From Prorocentrum cordatum (Eukaryota): a stretch of DNA of 54,314 nucleotides. Shown here in pieces: positions 1 to 11,974 of this stretch (its first letter is position 1; every line of letters begins with the position of its first letter). The DNA lies in the NCBI GenBank assembly GCA_963575745.1, contig CAUYUJ010000250.1, forward strand, positions 62,001-116,314, given 5' to 3'. The position numbers and the translations under genes are program-made. The notes under the pieces were generated by a model. That model was not told the origin of the DNA. It searched no databases and worked only from the letters and a program-made list of their open reading frames with translations.

Positions 1-1100
1 GCCGCCCGTACACGCCGTCGGAGGAGTCACATCGGTCACCGTGGTATCAAATGACCCTCACGTGTCCGTCAGCGTCGTGTCGCGGCACACCTAGGTGCTG
101 ACCGGCGTGGTGCTGCTCGATAGTGTCGCAATCGGGGTCGTGCAGCTCGCAGCTGCGCTGCTCGTCGCGACCACGCTCGCGCGGCTGCTCATGCAGCCGT
201 GAAAGTGGCCGTGGACGTCGCGCTGCTCGGGATCGCACTGATCGCGACCGTGCTGCACGAGGTCGCACTGCTGGTCAGCTGAGGCGCACTGCGAGACAAC
301 AGTGCACTGGGGGTCGAGGTGGTGGACGATGCAATTGTGTTGCAGGTCGCGCACGGGCTAATCGTCGTGCCGCTGGTGCCGCTCGGGTAGGCAGACGACC
401 CCTGGTGCCGCTCGTGCTGGCCGTCGAGGACTCGCCCCGGCTAGCGTGGTATGAATGACCTTGTCGTATCCGTCGGCATCGTGCCACTGCTCACCGTGGT
501 GCTGGCCGGGCGGTACTGCTCGACTGCGTCGCACTCGAAGTCGTACTGCTCGACGTTGCGCTGCCCACCTCGTCCAAGCTCACGCTGCGGCTGCATGGCC
601 ACGTGGCGCTCACCGTGGAAGTGGCCGTGGACGTCCTACTGGACGAGACCGTACTGGTCGTGACCGTGCAGCTCGAGGTCGCTCTGCCGGTCATGTGATA
701 CGTACTGCCAGAAAGCGATGCACTGGAGGTCAGGCTGCGGACAATGCAGTTGCGTTGCAGGATGCGCTCGAGCACGGGATGCGCTCAAGCACGCCGCCGT
801 GCTGCTGGTGCCGCTCGTACTGGCCATAGTGGAGCGCGTCTCGTTCAGGGTGGGATTGAATGACCCTGTCGTATCCGCGGGCGTCGTGCCGCAGTACACC
901 GTAGTGTTGGCCCGCGCGGTGCTGCTCGACTGCGTCGCACTTGACCCGTACTCTTCGACGTTGCGTTGCACGTCTAGACTCCGCTCACGCTGCTGCTGCG
1001 TGCCAAAGTGGAGCCGCCGTGGAGGTGGCTGTGGACGTCCATGCTCGAGGCCGCACGGACCGTGACCGTGTTGCTCAATGTGCTGCTGGTCACGCTCGAG
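1..1100 (-). repeat. Diverged ~405-bp tandem repeat (about 3 copies) with Ser/Thr-rich coding character on the minus strand
   Basis: A motif like gtggtat(c/g)aatgaccct..cgtatccg..ggc(g/a)tcgtgcc recurs at ~41, ~446 and ~850. Minus-strand ORFs 491..775 and 636..1175 share SATQSSSTAR; the frames are broken. Confidence 0.7.
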
Positions 1101-1104
1101 CGTT

Positions 1105-1880
1105 GACCCGCCCAGGCCCGCTGGGCACGCAGCCTCCGGGCGGGGGGGGCGCGCCGCCTGAGACCTGCAGCTCACGGGGGGAGTGTAGCGAACAGCCGAG
1201 GGCAGCCCGGCGCTCTAACAACCGCAGGAGTCTGGAACGAGCCGTCATCCATCAATCAGGCCATCTCCAGAGACGTGGAAGGGGGGCAGTGTCGCCTGGG
1301 ACCTGCAGCTCACTGGGGGCGTAGCATACAGAGTGCTCGCGGTTGCACCGCACGAGACAGCCCGGTGCTCTGGTAGGGCGCAACTAACAGCCGCAGGAGC
1401 ATGGGAAGGAAGAGAGGCATTCGCCTGAGACATACTGGGCGACCAGCACAGGCCCGGTGGGCAAGCAGCCCCAGGGCGGGGGTTCGCCGCCTGAGACCTG
1501 CAGCCCAGCCCAGGCACGCCGGGCGAGCGGCCTCAGGGAACGATGGCACCGCATGAGAATGCCAGCATCTCTCTGGTAGGGTGCAGCTAACAGCCGCGGG
1601 ATGGGGGAAAAGATGCATTCGCCTGAGACATACTGGAAGTTGGCCTGGGAGCGGCAAACGGGGGGGTAGCCGATTGCCGCCCACGACCAAGAGGGGAGTG
1701 GCAGCCAACGCTGCAGGATGCTGGTTATGAACAAGAGTTTTGCCAGGATGGTGTCGACGCCCTGCGGGGTTGCAGCTACCAGCCGCACGAATAGGAGAGA
1801 AGGTTTCACCTGAGACATCCCCTTCGGTCGCAGTGCCATTAGCCGCAGAGCGAAGGGGGGTAGCTTCGCCTGCGGTGTGC
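1105..1880. repeat. Degenerate repeats built on a cgcctgagac core
   Basis: cgcctgagacctgcagc or cgcctgagacatactgg at ~1155, 1293, 1421, 1487, 1620, and cacctgagacatcc at ~1808. The same core occurs in the 153-bp array at 34280-35100 and at ~13688. Confidence 0.55.
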
Positions 1881-2619
1881 TGATTCTCAGGTAGGGCGCT
1901 GACGGCTCGCCGACGCCGTCGACACGGGAGTGGAGGCAGACGGCCGCGCCTTCGACGTCAAGAGGCCGACCTCGCCCGAGAGCACTCCCACCCTACAAAA
2001 CGCGACCAGCGTCGGCGCCCACGAGATCCCGACCATCTCGCGGGGGTGCCTGGCACCCCCTGTTCGCGCCGACGTGGTGTCCCAGGTGCTGTCAACGCAC
2101 CTGCGCCCAGTCGATACCCAGGCCCAATGAGTCGCTCATGGCCCGAGCATCGCAGCTGTGGATGTGAAATGAGGTCAAGAAGGCGACGCAGGTTCGCTGG
2201 TCGTGCCGACGCGGGTCGAAAGCGCGCGCGGTGCCAGGGACAGCGCCTTCCAGTGTGGGAGCCCCGTGGTCCTGGATGCTGGCGATCGGCGAACAGCCTG
2301 GGCGTCCACCCACTTCCCTTCCGACGCGCCGAGGATGCCCCCCGGTTGGGCTGCCGGCCCGTCTCGGCGGTCGAGCGCACGCCCCCACCCGAGAGGGGAG
2401 GGTCTGGCGCGCTTTGCAGGGATGCAGGGGTTGCCCCGTGGCTGCTCGTAGAGGCGCCCGCCCATATCGAGTCGCTGGCAGGGGAGGGGGGACGAATAGG
2501 GGCGAAAGGGCTCTTCGAAACCAGCTGTAGGATGGCTGCGTTGTCTCGCTCGTCAGGGGAAGGCTGACGCGTGGGCGCGGTGGAACTTCCAAGTGCCGTC
2601 TGGAGGGTGGCTTCACTGT

Positions 2620-3900
2620 CGGGCAGGCCGTCGGGTTGGCCGTCGGGCTGGCCGAGGAGCTGGCCATGGGATTGGGCGTCGGGCAAGGCCTCGGGTAGAG
2701 TGTTGGGTAGGGCGCCAGGTTGGGCGTCGGGAACGGTGTCGGGTGAGGCGTCAGACTGGTCGTGGGGCTGGTCGTGGAGCTGGCCATGGGACTGGCCTTG
2801 GGGCTGGCTGTCGGGCTGGCCGTCGGACAGGCCGTTGTGCTGGCTGTCGGGCTGGCCGTCGGACTGGTCGCGGGGCTGGCAGTCGGGTTGGCCGTGGGGC
2901 AGGCTGAGGGGCTGATCGTGGGGCTGGCAGTCGGGCTGGCCCCGGGGCTGGCGGTCGGGCTGGCTGCGGGGCTGGCCGTGGGACTGGTCGTGGGGTTGAA
3001 AGTCGGGCTGGCCGTGGGACTGGCCGTAGGCATGGTCGTGGGGGAAGCAGTGGGGCTGGTCGTGGGGCTGGAAGTCGGGCTGGCCGTGGGACCCGCCGTG
3101 GGACTGGCAGTCGGGCTGGCCGTCAGGCTGGCCGTGGGGCTGGCCGTGGGGATGGCCGTCGGACTGGCGGTGGGGCTGGCAGCCGGGCCAGCTGTGGGGC
3201 TGGCAGTTGGGCGGCCCGTCGGGCTGGCCGCGGGGCTGCCAGTCGTGCTGGTCGTGGGGCTGGGCGAGGGGCTGGCAGTCGGGCTGGCCGTGGGGCTGGC
3301 CGTGGGGCTGGCCGCGGGGCTGGCAGTCGGGCTGGCCTCGGGGCTGGCCGTCGGGCTGGCGCTGGCCGTCCGGCTGGCCGTGGGGCTGGCCGGGCTGGCC
3401 GTGGGAGTGGCCGTGGGACTGGCCGTGGGGCTGGCCGTGGGGCTGGCAGTCGGGCTGGCCGTCGGGCCGGCCGTGGGGCTGGCAGTCGGGTTGGCCGTGG
3501 GGCTGACCGTGGGGCTGGCAGCCAGGCTGGCCGTGGGGCTAGCCGCGGGGCTGGCCGCGGGGCTGACAGCCAGGCTTGCCACGGCGCTGGCCGTCGGGCT
3601 GGCCGCTCGGCTGGCCGCGGGGCTGGCTGGGCTGGCCGTGGGACTGGCCGTGGGGCTGGCAGTCGGGCGGGCCGTCGGGCTGGCCGTGGGGCGGGCCGAA
3701 GAGCGGCAGGCCGCGGGGCCGGCCGTGAGGCTGGCAGTCGGGCTGGCCACGGTGCGGGCCAACGGGCTGGCCGTCAGGCGGGCCGTGAGGCTGGCAGCCA
3801 GGCAGGCAGTGAGGCGGGCAGTCGGGCAGCACGGGAGGCAGGCCGCCAGGCAGTCGGGCAGGCCGGGGTGGCCGTGGGGCAGGCCGTCGGGCAGGCCACG
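2620..3900. repeat. 12-bp tandem repeat (gggctggccgt(c/g))n encoding PTAS on the minus strand
   Basis: The 12-nt periodicity is visible directly, about 100 units. Confidence 0.9.
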
Positions 3901-4403
3901 GGCCGCCGCGGCGGCGCCGGCCACCGCGCCCACCGCCGCCGCCGGCGAAGAGCCGGCAACGGCGGCGGCAACGGCGGCAGCAGCGGCCGCCGCGACAGCG
4001 GCCGCCACGCCGGCCAGGGCGCCGCCCGCCGCCGCCGCCGCTGGAGGGGAGCCGGCGGCGGCGACAGCAGCGGAGGCGGCGGCAGCGGCTGCAGCAGCGG
4101 CGGCGGCCGCGCCGCCGGCGGCCGCGGGGGCGGCCGCGGCGGCGCCGGCAACCGCGCCCACCGCCGCCGCCGCCGCCGCCGCCGCCAGCGAGGAGCCGGC
4201 AGCGACGGCGGCAGCGGCAGCAGCAGCGGCCGCTTCGAAACGGCAGTGGCGCTGGCCACGGCACCGCCGGCCGCCGCCGCCGCCGGAGGGGAGCCGGCGG
4301 CGGCGGCAGCAGCGGGGGCGGCGGAGGCGGCGGCAGCAGCGGCGGCGGCCGCAGCTCCGGCGGCCGCTTGGGCGGCCGCGGCGGCGTCGGCCGCCGCGCC
4401 CTG

Positions 4404-4405
<2 letters not shown>

Positions 4406-4456
<51 letters not shown>
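4406..4456. repeat. (CAG)17 microsatellite
   Basis: Perfect trinucleotide run. Confidence 0.95.
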
Positions 4457-4457
<1 letters not shown>

Positions 4458-4727
4458 CGGCGACCGCGGCGCCAGCGGCTGCGCCGCACGGCCACGGCGC
4501 CCGCGGCGCCCGCGGCGCCAACGGCCGCGGCGCTCCGCGCAGAGGCGCCCGCGGCAGCGGCCACGGAGAGAGGCCGCGGCAGGCCCGCCCAACGCCGCGG
4601 CCCGCGAGCCGCGCGCGGACGCGGCGTAGGCCGCGGAGGGGCCAGCGGCGCGGGCGGCAGCCGCAGCCCGCTACTGGCGGCGCCGAGCGGCTGGAGTCAC
4701 CATCACGCGCGGGCCCGAGCGCGCCGA

Positions 4728-4778
4728 CCTGAGTCAGGGGCGGGCTCGAGCCGACATGCCTTGAGCCAGGGTTACGGA
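4728..4778 (-). other. Tandem relict dinoflagellate spliced-leader sequences (2-3 copies)
   Basis: The minus strand reads TCCGTAACCCTGGCTCAAG (4778-4760), GCATGTCGGCTCGAG (4759-4745; 11/15 to CCATTTTGGCTCAAG), then CCCGCCCCTGACTCAGG (weak). Confidence 0.7.
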
Positions 4779-5447
4779 TCCGAGAAATCCACGCGGAACG
4801 CCAAAAAAAAATGCTTGTTTATGGTTGTTCTCCCCCTTCGATTTCAGATCCGTGGATCTGGCACATGGGCGCGGGAGGGGGTTATCAAAATGACTCACTA
4901 ATCGACGCCTCCCTGCGAAACCAAGAAGCCAGTGCCGTCTGTCGCTCACCCACGCGCCTAAATCCAAGTCTGCTCGCTCTCCCACCGGAAAGCCAGAAAC
5001 TCACACACCATTATCCAGCTCCCGCCCAGGGCGGCCACGTAGTGTGTCCAGCTTCCTAGCACATGCTCTTGTTCTTCAGCGCAATGCTGGGAGAAGAAAT
5101 AAGGAAGCTGAGGGGACTGATAGCACCAAGAACGTGTCCAGAACGTGTCCCGGCAGCGTGGGCAATGTCGAGTCCACGGAGGCCGGTGAGCGGCGCACAC
5201 TTTGCTGGGCAACGGAGGCAAAAACCTGCCACAGCCACGGACTCTGGCAGAGGGGAGGGAAGTAAAGCAGCAGGAGGTGAAGGGGGAAGCCAGCTTCCCA
5301 GACCCCTGGCGTCATGACTTTTCCACAGCGTCCACCCTCAGAGGCTTTTGGACCGGCTCTTCAGCCCGAGCCGTTTCCTGACGGTCGCGACGCCCGGTGG
5401 TTCCCAGAGGCCGCAGGCGGCGAAAAACCTTCCGTCGTGCTTTTCTA

Positions 5448-5617
5448 GGGCGACGACATCTATACATATCCACTGCTCCCTGGCGAGGCCCATCCTCAAC
5501 CCAGCAGCTGTGTATACGCTGCGCCCTCCTGGCGTGGCCAGGAGGGCGTATGCACAACTCCTGGGTTCAGGATGGGCCTGGCCAGGGAGCAGTGGATATG
5601 TATAGATTTCGTCGCCC
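5448..5617. repeat. 170-bp near-perfect inverted repeat (foldback/MITE-like)
   Basis: The left arm gggcgacgacatctatacatatccactgctccctggc...cgccctcctggc is the reverse complement of the right arm gccaggagggcg...gcagtggatatgtatagatttcgtcgccc. Loop gtg at 5534-5536, about 6 mismatches and one 5-nt indel. Confidence 0.9.
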
Positions 5618-5926
5618 GATTTTCAGGACTCGCGGAGGTCTGGGTTCCTGGTGCGATGGCTTCCTCCGTGCCCTTGGCGCTTCCCCAGACCTCCACGCCC
5701 TGCTCTCGCCCTCCGACGCGTCCCCGCCCTTTCTGGCCGCGACGCCGCCCCCCTTCCCGGGGGAGGAGAGGGCGGCACGCGGGGACCCCAAGGGAGACCA
5801 GAGGAGGGGTGAGAAGAGCAGCAGCGGGAGGAGCCCAAAGAGGAGGTGGAGCCGGAGCTCTCTGCCCCCCGGGGGCCGGCGCCGGCGGCGGCGGAGTTTC
5901 TCCCACCGGGAGGGCGAAAAAAAAAA

Positions 5927-6285
5927 AGGAGGAGGAGGAGGAGGAGGAGGAGGAGGAAGAGAGAGGAGGCGGAGTAGAAAGGAGAGGGGGGCAGGGAGCA
6001 GTGGCAAGGGGTGGGGGCGGGCAGGATACGGCGGATCCAGGTCTCAGGGGCTAGATGCGTCCAGGGGCCGCAGTCCAGACTGGTAATGAAGGAAGAAGAG
6101 GAAAGTAGGAGGAGGGGCGGAGGAGGAGGAGGAGAACAAACGTCGGAGGGAGGAGGCGCGGGACGAGGAGGAGAAGGAGGAGGAGGAGGTGGAGGGGGAG
6201 GGGGAGGACGAAGTGCAGCAGTAGGGGGGGGGAGAAAAAGGAGGAGGAGAAGGAGGAGAAGAAGGAGAAGGAGGAGAAGGAGGAG
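5927..6285. repeat. (GGA)n-rich microsatellite tract
   Basis: Directly visible; abuts the 3' end of the decayed LINE. Confidence 0.85.
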
Positions 6286-7467
6286 CGCACGTGGCCGTGA
6301 AGAGCATGCCATGACTACGCGATTTGCAGTGCGGCACGAGCAGCGTGACGGGCCCGGCCGAGGAGCGCGGGGTCTCGCGCTGAGAAGAGATCGGCCACAC
6401 CTTATGGTAAGTGGGGCATGTGAATTGGAGCCTCCCGCGGATGCGGAGCCGGCCGTTCCCCGCTCCCTCGCAGTCAGACTCACCCCCCAACCTCGACGAA
6501 CCAGGGGGTCGGGGGAAGGAACAGGAGGGGGATGCCGGCGGCCTTCCACAGGGGCTCGCAGAAAAGGCAGCGTGATATGGCATCGGGCGAGGCGCACTTG
6601 GAACATGCACCTACTCTGTGTCAAAATCTTGAATCTCCGAGTGGTGATCCATGCGCCAGCTAACGTCTTGACGTGCGGCCACGCTCTTGACGGCGCCTGC
6701 GAGGCCAGGGTGCTCCTCAAGCGGCGCCATCGAAAGACAAGCTCGTGCATAGGGGGGCAGGTCGGGAACCAGAAGGCAGGGCGACGGGCAATGAGATGGG
6801 GAATGGGGTCAGGAATGCCCTGCAACTGCAGCGATATGGAATACTGCGCCGGCCTCGCGCAAAGCATCAGTGCGAGCCTTGCGGAAGTGCTCGGTGGGGA
6901 AGGGAAGAGGCGAGAGAGGTCCAAGGCGTGAGAGGTCGAGGAGGTCGAAGAGAGAGGGACGGTATTGAACGATGGAGCGTGAAATGCGACATCATGCAGC
7001 TCTCCTGAGCGCTCCCTCCGAAACAGCGCGAGCTTGCAGCCTCTGATAGGCCTGGCCCAAAAGCTGGAAGGTCCTGCCGACCGCACGCCAGACGCTCGCG
7101 AGGCAGGACAGCTGCAGTGGTTCTGGAGCCCTCATCCACCGCAAGCTCTGCAACTCTGGCAAGCGAAAGGACGATGGCAGCAGACGCAAGAGCTTGTGCA
7201 GGGCATGCGACTCGCGCTGCGACAGGCGCGGCGGTAGAGGATAGAATTGGGCAACGTATGAGAGACATGACAAGATCAGCGCACGATAGAGACGTACACT
7301 CGCATCTGTGGGGGCCCGAGCCGCCGCCGCCATACGACATCACGACCACCACTTCCGGCCCCCCGAGCCGCATTGGTCAGAGAATAATTTGAACACCCAG
7401 CTACCGACAAAAGCCGCGAATTTCAAATCTGTCATTCGGGCAAAAAAGAGAGGGAAAAAAAAGAGAG

Positions 7468-7518
<51 letters not shown>

Positions 7519-9325
7519 GCGCACCGCTTCACGAAGATCAGCAGCCTGATCGGCCGAGGGGATCTCCCCCTGTGAGGCTACGCAGCATTTCTGAGGTTGA
7601 AGGACGAGCGCGGCAGGCGTAGCTGCAGCTCCACAAAGATGGGAGGAGCAGAGGAAGCAGGGACAGGTCGGGAAGGATCGCCTCCACGTCGTCGACACGC
7701 GCACCAGCAGCAGAGAAGGAGAGGGGCAGTGAGAGCAGGGCCCCGAACTCGCTCCGAGCGCGAGCCTCTCGCGGGCTGCCGCGCACCGTGGGATGCGCTG
7801 GCTGTCTACGCTGCCGCTGCACTGCGCCTACCTCTTTTTTTTGACTCGCGGGTCGAGAGCGAGCCTCTTCCCGTCGAAGCTGAGCGGGCCGCGCACAGCT
7901 TGAACTAACAGAGGAAGGAAAAGAGAAGGCGGGGCCTCACGTCAAGGCCAAGGGAGGGCAAATCCCCGGGATCCGGCGGGCCCGCCCCGAGAGCCGGGAG
8001 GGCCCGAGGGCCCCGTCTGGAGGGCCGCCCGGCGGGGCCCCGCGGGAGCTCTCAGACAGGCGATGCATCTCGTGCCCAACCTTGCGAAGACCTGCAGCGT
8101 CGGCCCCCAGGGCCGCGACGGCGTTCAAGAAGCCCTGAGGAGTCTGAACAGCGCTTCAGCATTGCCCTGAGCCGCTGCTGCGACATGCTTGAGAAAGCAA
8201 CCCGAGTGTCAAACGAAAGGATGCACGGACGGTGAGCAGCGACATCGTCACCTAAACTACAGATCCGAACTTCCGCATCTAAGTTGGCGGTGTGGCTGCC
8301 ATGCTGCATTCCATGGACGTGCTGTTTGGCTATGGCACTGAGGTGTATGCTAACTGTCTGAGCGAGGGCCTTCGCGTCCGTATCATTTAAAGATGAGCGA
8401 GCGCACGTTGCCAGCATTCCTCACGCACTCCGCGAGGTCTTGGGCCTCCTCACCTGTATGGATGCATGCACAATTCGAAGGATTGCGTCCGTCGACAGGC
8501 GCCCCGCCAAAAAACAGACGTAGCAACAGCTCCTAAAGAACCTCCGGAGCTGCCCGAACGGCCTGCGAGGCTCCGTAGAAGCGCCGATCAAAAGCGCAAG
8601 GGGGGGGGCCTGCCCGTGCTTGAAAGCTCTCGCGAGGCCCTCGAGAGTCGGCAGTGGAAGGTCAGACTGGGGGGGAAGAGGGGGGAGTTTTTTTTCGGCG
8701 CTCACTCGCAGAACCAAACCACACGATGCTGGTCCAGCATCAGACAGAGCGGGCAGGAGTAGAGAATGCCAATGATACGGATTCCCTTGGAAACATATCG
8801 TGGAGGGGGGAGTGAGTGCACAAGTGTTCAGAGATGGCCTGACCGGAGCACGTCGCTTCCGAGAAGATAGAGGCTGCCAGTGCTCCGTGATTCTGTGTGC
8901 TGTGGCCGCGCGTTCGCGCAAGATCGATCTCCTCGTGGCCCATACGATTGTGCCTGAGACCCAGCAGTGCCAACCACCTCCTGGAAAGGCTCCAAGCCAA
9001 CGCATGCCTCATGGAGAGCTCTTAAGCCTTGGTGTGCTCGGGGGGTACTGCTGTCGAGTCGTCCCACTGAGCAGCCCGCTCCAGACGCGCAGCACGCCGC
9101 GCTCACTCCTGAGCCGCCTCCTCGAAGCGCTGCTGGTCAGAGCTGGCGGATAGCTCGCGGAACTCGGCAGCCTGCGCGATGCAGACCGTCCTGCATGGTG
9201 TGACGCCCAAGAAGCGCTGGGCGAGATCCGAAGCAGATTGACGCCGGCGGGCAAGTCATGCGTCTTGTCGCAAGGCGGCTCTTGTAATCGCTCGAATGGT
9301 CACGCGGTTCGACTCAGCAGCACCA
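6285..9325 (-). mobile_element. 5'-truncated, heavily decayed non-LTR retrotransposon (ORF2 linker, RT, C-terminal region), same family as 25032-30408
   Basis: Collinear peptide matches to the near-complete copy: RAITRAALRQDA~RSIARAVWRQDA; LPLPTLEG~IPTPTLSG; DTDAKAL~NSENKIL; PCILSFDTRVAFSS~PAIVSCDFAQAFPS; GAPPGGPPDGAL~VIQGCPASGAL; ARVDDVEAI~ACADDIGGV; LVLQPQKC~LILKTCKC; R*LGV~KYLGA; LSYVAQFYPLPP~PTYVAQFLPPP; KTLAGAWITTRRF~RTLSKA*LTQQRF. Confidence 0.85.
7442..7517. repeat. Poly(A) tract lying inside the decayed RT coding region (poly-T on the element's sense strand)
   Basis: RT homology continues on both sides (…LREAVRV | PE…FEIR…LGV). Confidence 0.85.
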
Positions 9326-11768
9326 GCGGAAAAGAGAGGGAGGAGGAGGAGAAAAAGGAAAAGGAGGAGGAGGAGGAAGAGGACGACAACAACGACGACG
9401 CCGACGAGGCCGACGTCACCGACACCGACGACGACGGCGGCGGCGACGAGGGCGACGACCCCTAAGCCTTTTCAGGCGAGCACGGCCGAAGGGCGCTAGT
9501 TATGCGCTGGCTGCGCTGACACTCAAGGTAGCACGGGCTTCCCGCTGATGGATTCCAGGGGGTTCCAGAGGGGGATTCGTAACGCGGTGACCAGACTACA
9601 TGGAGGAAAAGCAACGGCGCGCACATGACCCGAAGGCGGGACGTCCATCCCGCCGCGCCTGCGCGCCGCCACAGCGGGCCGCGGAGGAAGAAGAACAGGA
9701 GGAGAAGGAGGACGGAGAAGGGGGAAAGGGAAGGAACGGGGGGAAGAAGAGGAAGAGGCACAGGAACAGCAGCAGGAGTAAGAGGACTGGGAAGGGGAGG
9801 GGGAAAGAGGAATCATGTCCTGGTTAATCGTGCTGTCGTAGGTGTTTTAATAGCGAAGTACAGCGTGTGTTGTGCCGTGTTCCAAGATTGGTAGTGGTGG
9901 AAGGCAACTTGACTGCTGCGGAAACTGAAACCGCAGTCATCGTACCCATCTCACAAAGCGTACGAACAGACCCACCTGTTGGCAGCTCGAGTGCTGCATT
10001 GTTTGTTGGACAATATAAGAATGTGGTGGCTTCTCTTGCACCGTTGACAGCGGGGTGCCCCGTGCCCCAAATCATGGAGGCGCTGCAAGAGACGGACCCG
10101 GAGGGCACAAACCGTAAAGCCACATTGGATCAGTAGGCAGACCATATCCCTGGAAGCTCGACAATGTCAGTGGTTCTCCTGCGCCAGGGCGAGTCAGGAC
10201 GCCACCCTTCACTGGTGGCCTGGGCGACCAGGGTACGAGGACGATTTGGTTTGTTTCGGCGTATCTGTCTCTAGCCCATCGAGCCTTGTCGTTGACCACG
10301 AAGAGGGCCCAAGCGTGCTGTCTCGAATTTGGGTTGGCTTTGTACCCGTGCACGGTGACTCCACAGGGAAAGTGGGCATCACCATGGGCCCCGCGACCGT
10401 CAGGAACGACATAATGAACGACCACCAGCCCAGAGCGCACGCTGGCACCCCCCTAACTCACTGGTGAGCCACGCGGCAAACCCTGGCAGATAGATCGAAT
10501 TGGCACTCTATCATCAGCCGCTCCACGTCGAGATCGCCGAGGCTGCTGTCGACAGACGAGCTGACAGCCTCCGCGGGGGGTCCTTCGCTCTCGCCTTGGG
10601 TGTAATGTTGGTTTTGGACGGGTCTCCACGGTAGGCGGTGGCTGGCTGTCCACGTCGCGCGTGGGCCGCGTGCGCTGGCGGCCCTCTTGGCTCGCACTTG
10701 TCGACCGACTACTCGTTTGCGACTCCCGCGGCCAGGAGGCCCACCCGCGCCCTGCCGGGTGATTTTCGCATTGCCGAGCACCTTGTCATCTAAGCCTTTG
10801 TGAGTTAACCGAATGGTCCATGGCGAGCACGGCTGCACCCCATCCTGGTCGCAAGAGTGACGCGGCGTCTCGCGCCCGCGCCGCGCCCCCAGGCAGCGGC
10901 CTGCGTCTTCCACCCACGGCGCCCGCAGCACGCTGGCGCGCCAGCCCTTGACTCTGGGCCACGTCGAAGTCGATGGATTTTATGGGCGCGCCCCTTCCGC
11001 GAAGCTACACGGGGCCTCGCCCCAAAGGACCCCCTTGCGAAAGCGGCTGGCGCCATCTGCGGGTCAACCACCCACGCGCGACCTCGGGACATTGGAGGGC
11101 CGGGCCAGCTGATGCCCGCGCCAGCTTGCAGATCAACTGATTTGCCTCGGTGGTTTTACCGTCTGAGATGTCGGCAGACCCCGACCGCGATCAGGTTCTG
11201 GGCGTGCTGTCCCACTCCGCGGGCGTCTCGAAGCGTCTGACTCTGGAGGAGGCTTCGCCCAGGCTCGCAACCCCCCCACGAACAAGGCGCTGGGGGGCCC
11301 CCGGGCAGGGGTGGCCTCCAGCGCTGCAGTTCTGTACAGCGGGTCAGTCGTCGCCCGCGCCGATTGGGGCTTGAGGGGCTTCGCGCGGCAGCGCGACGAT
11401 CGGCGCTTCATCTCTGGGGCGGTCTGGGCGCCCTGCCGTCGCGAGGAGTTGCGGAACGCGGTAATTGGCTGCGTGCTGCTGTACATGGCTGAGCGGCCCG
11501 GTGACCTGCTCACGCTACCCACTCCGCTGGCAGCGCTGGCGCCGCTGCGGCGGGTGCGAGGGCTGCGGCTGCAGCGGCGGCTTTGGCAACGGGAACGGGG
11601 GCGCGGCCCGGCAGCGGCAGCCATCGACATCGGCCCGCTAGCCGCCCCTCACGGCTGCGCCGATGGCACGGGGCGCGGCAGCTGAGAGCGCGACTTCCTC
11701 TGCCCCCCCGTTGGACCATGGGTTCACCGAGGCCGGGGTTAGGAGAGGGGCGACGAAGTGTCTCTATA

Positions 11769-11773
<5 letters not shown>

Positions 11774-11827
<54 letters not shown>
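11774..11827. repeat. (TA)n microsatellite
   Basis: Directly visible. Confidence 0.95.
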
Positions 11828-11830
<3 letters not shown>

Positions 11831-11974
11831 AAGGCCGGGGACCCCGGAAAAGCGGCACACGGTGCCCCCCCGCCCCCAAAAACTAATTTCGGCCTCCCCG
11901 AGCCTTTGGGGCGCCCCTGCAGGGTGCCCCGTGTCTGTCCTGCGAATGCGACGCGAAAAAAAAAAAAAAAACGA

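Larger units (their letters stand above)
2092..4727 (-). pseudogene. Mucin-like (PTAS)n plus Ala-rich repeat protein, frameshifted; probable retro-pseudogene
   Basis: ORF 2092..4521(-) has dozens of SPTA units (2600-3800) with third-position variation. The Ala-rich GSPPAAAAAGGA block is split between frames (ORF 3774..4592). There is no clean ATG (the ATG at 4703 opens only 10 codons). Relict SLs lie immediately upstream. Confidence 0.5.

Noticed and set aside
2762..4732. 656-aa plus-strand (AVGL)n ORF
   Set aside because: Antisense shadow of the 12-bp PTAS repeat; the SL relics point to the minus strand.
7442..7517. Poly(A) run as a retrotransposon tail
   Set aside because: It is in the wrong orientation and internal to continuous RT homology.
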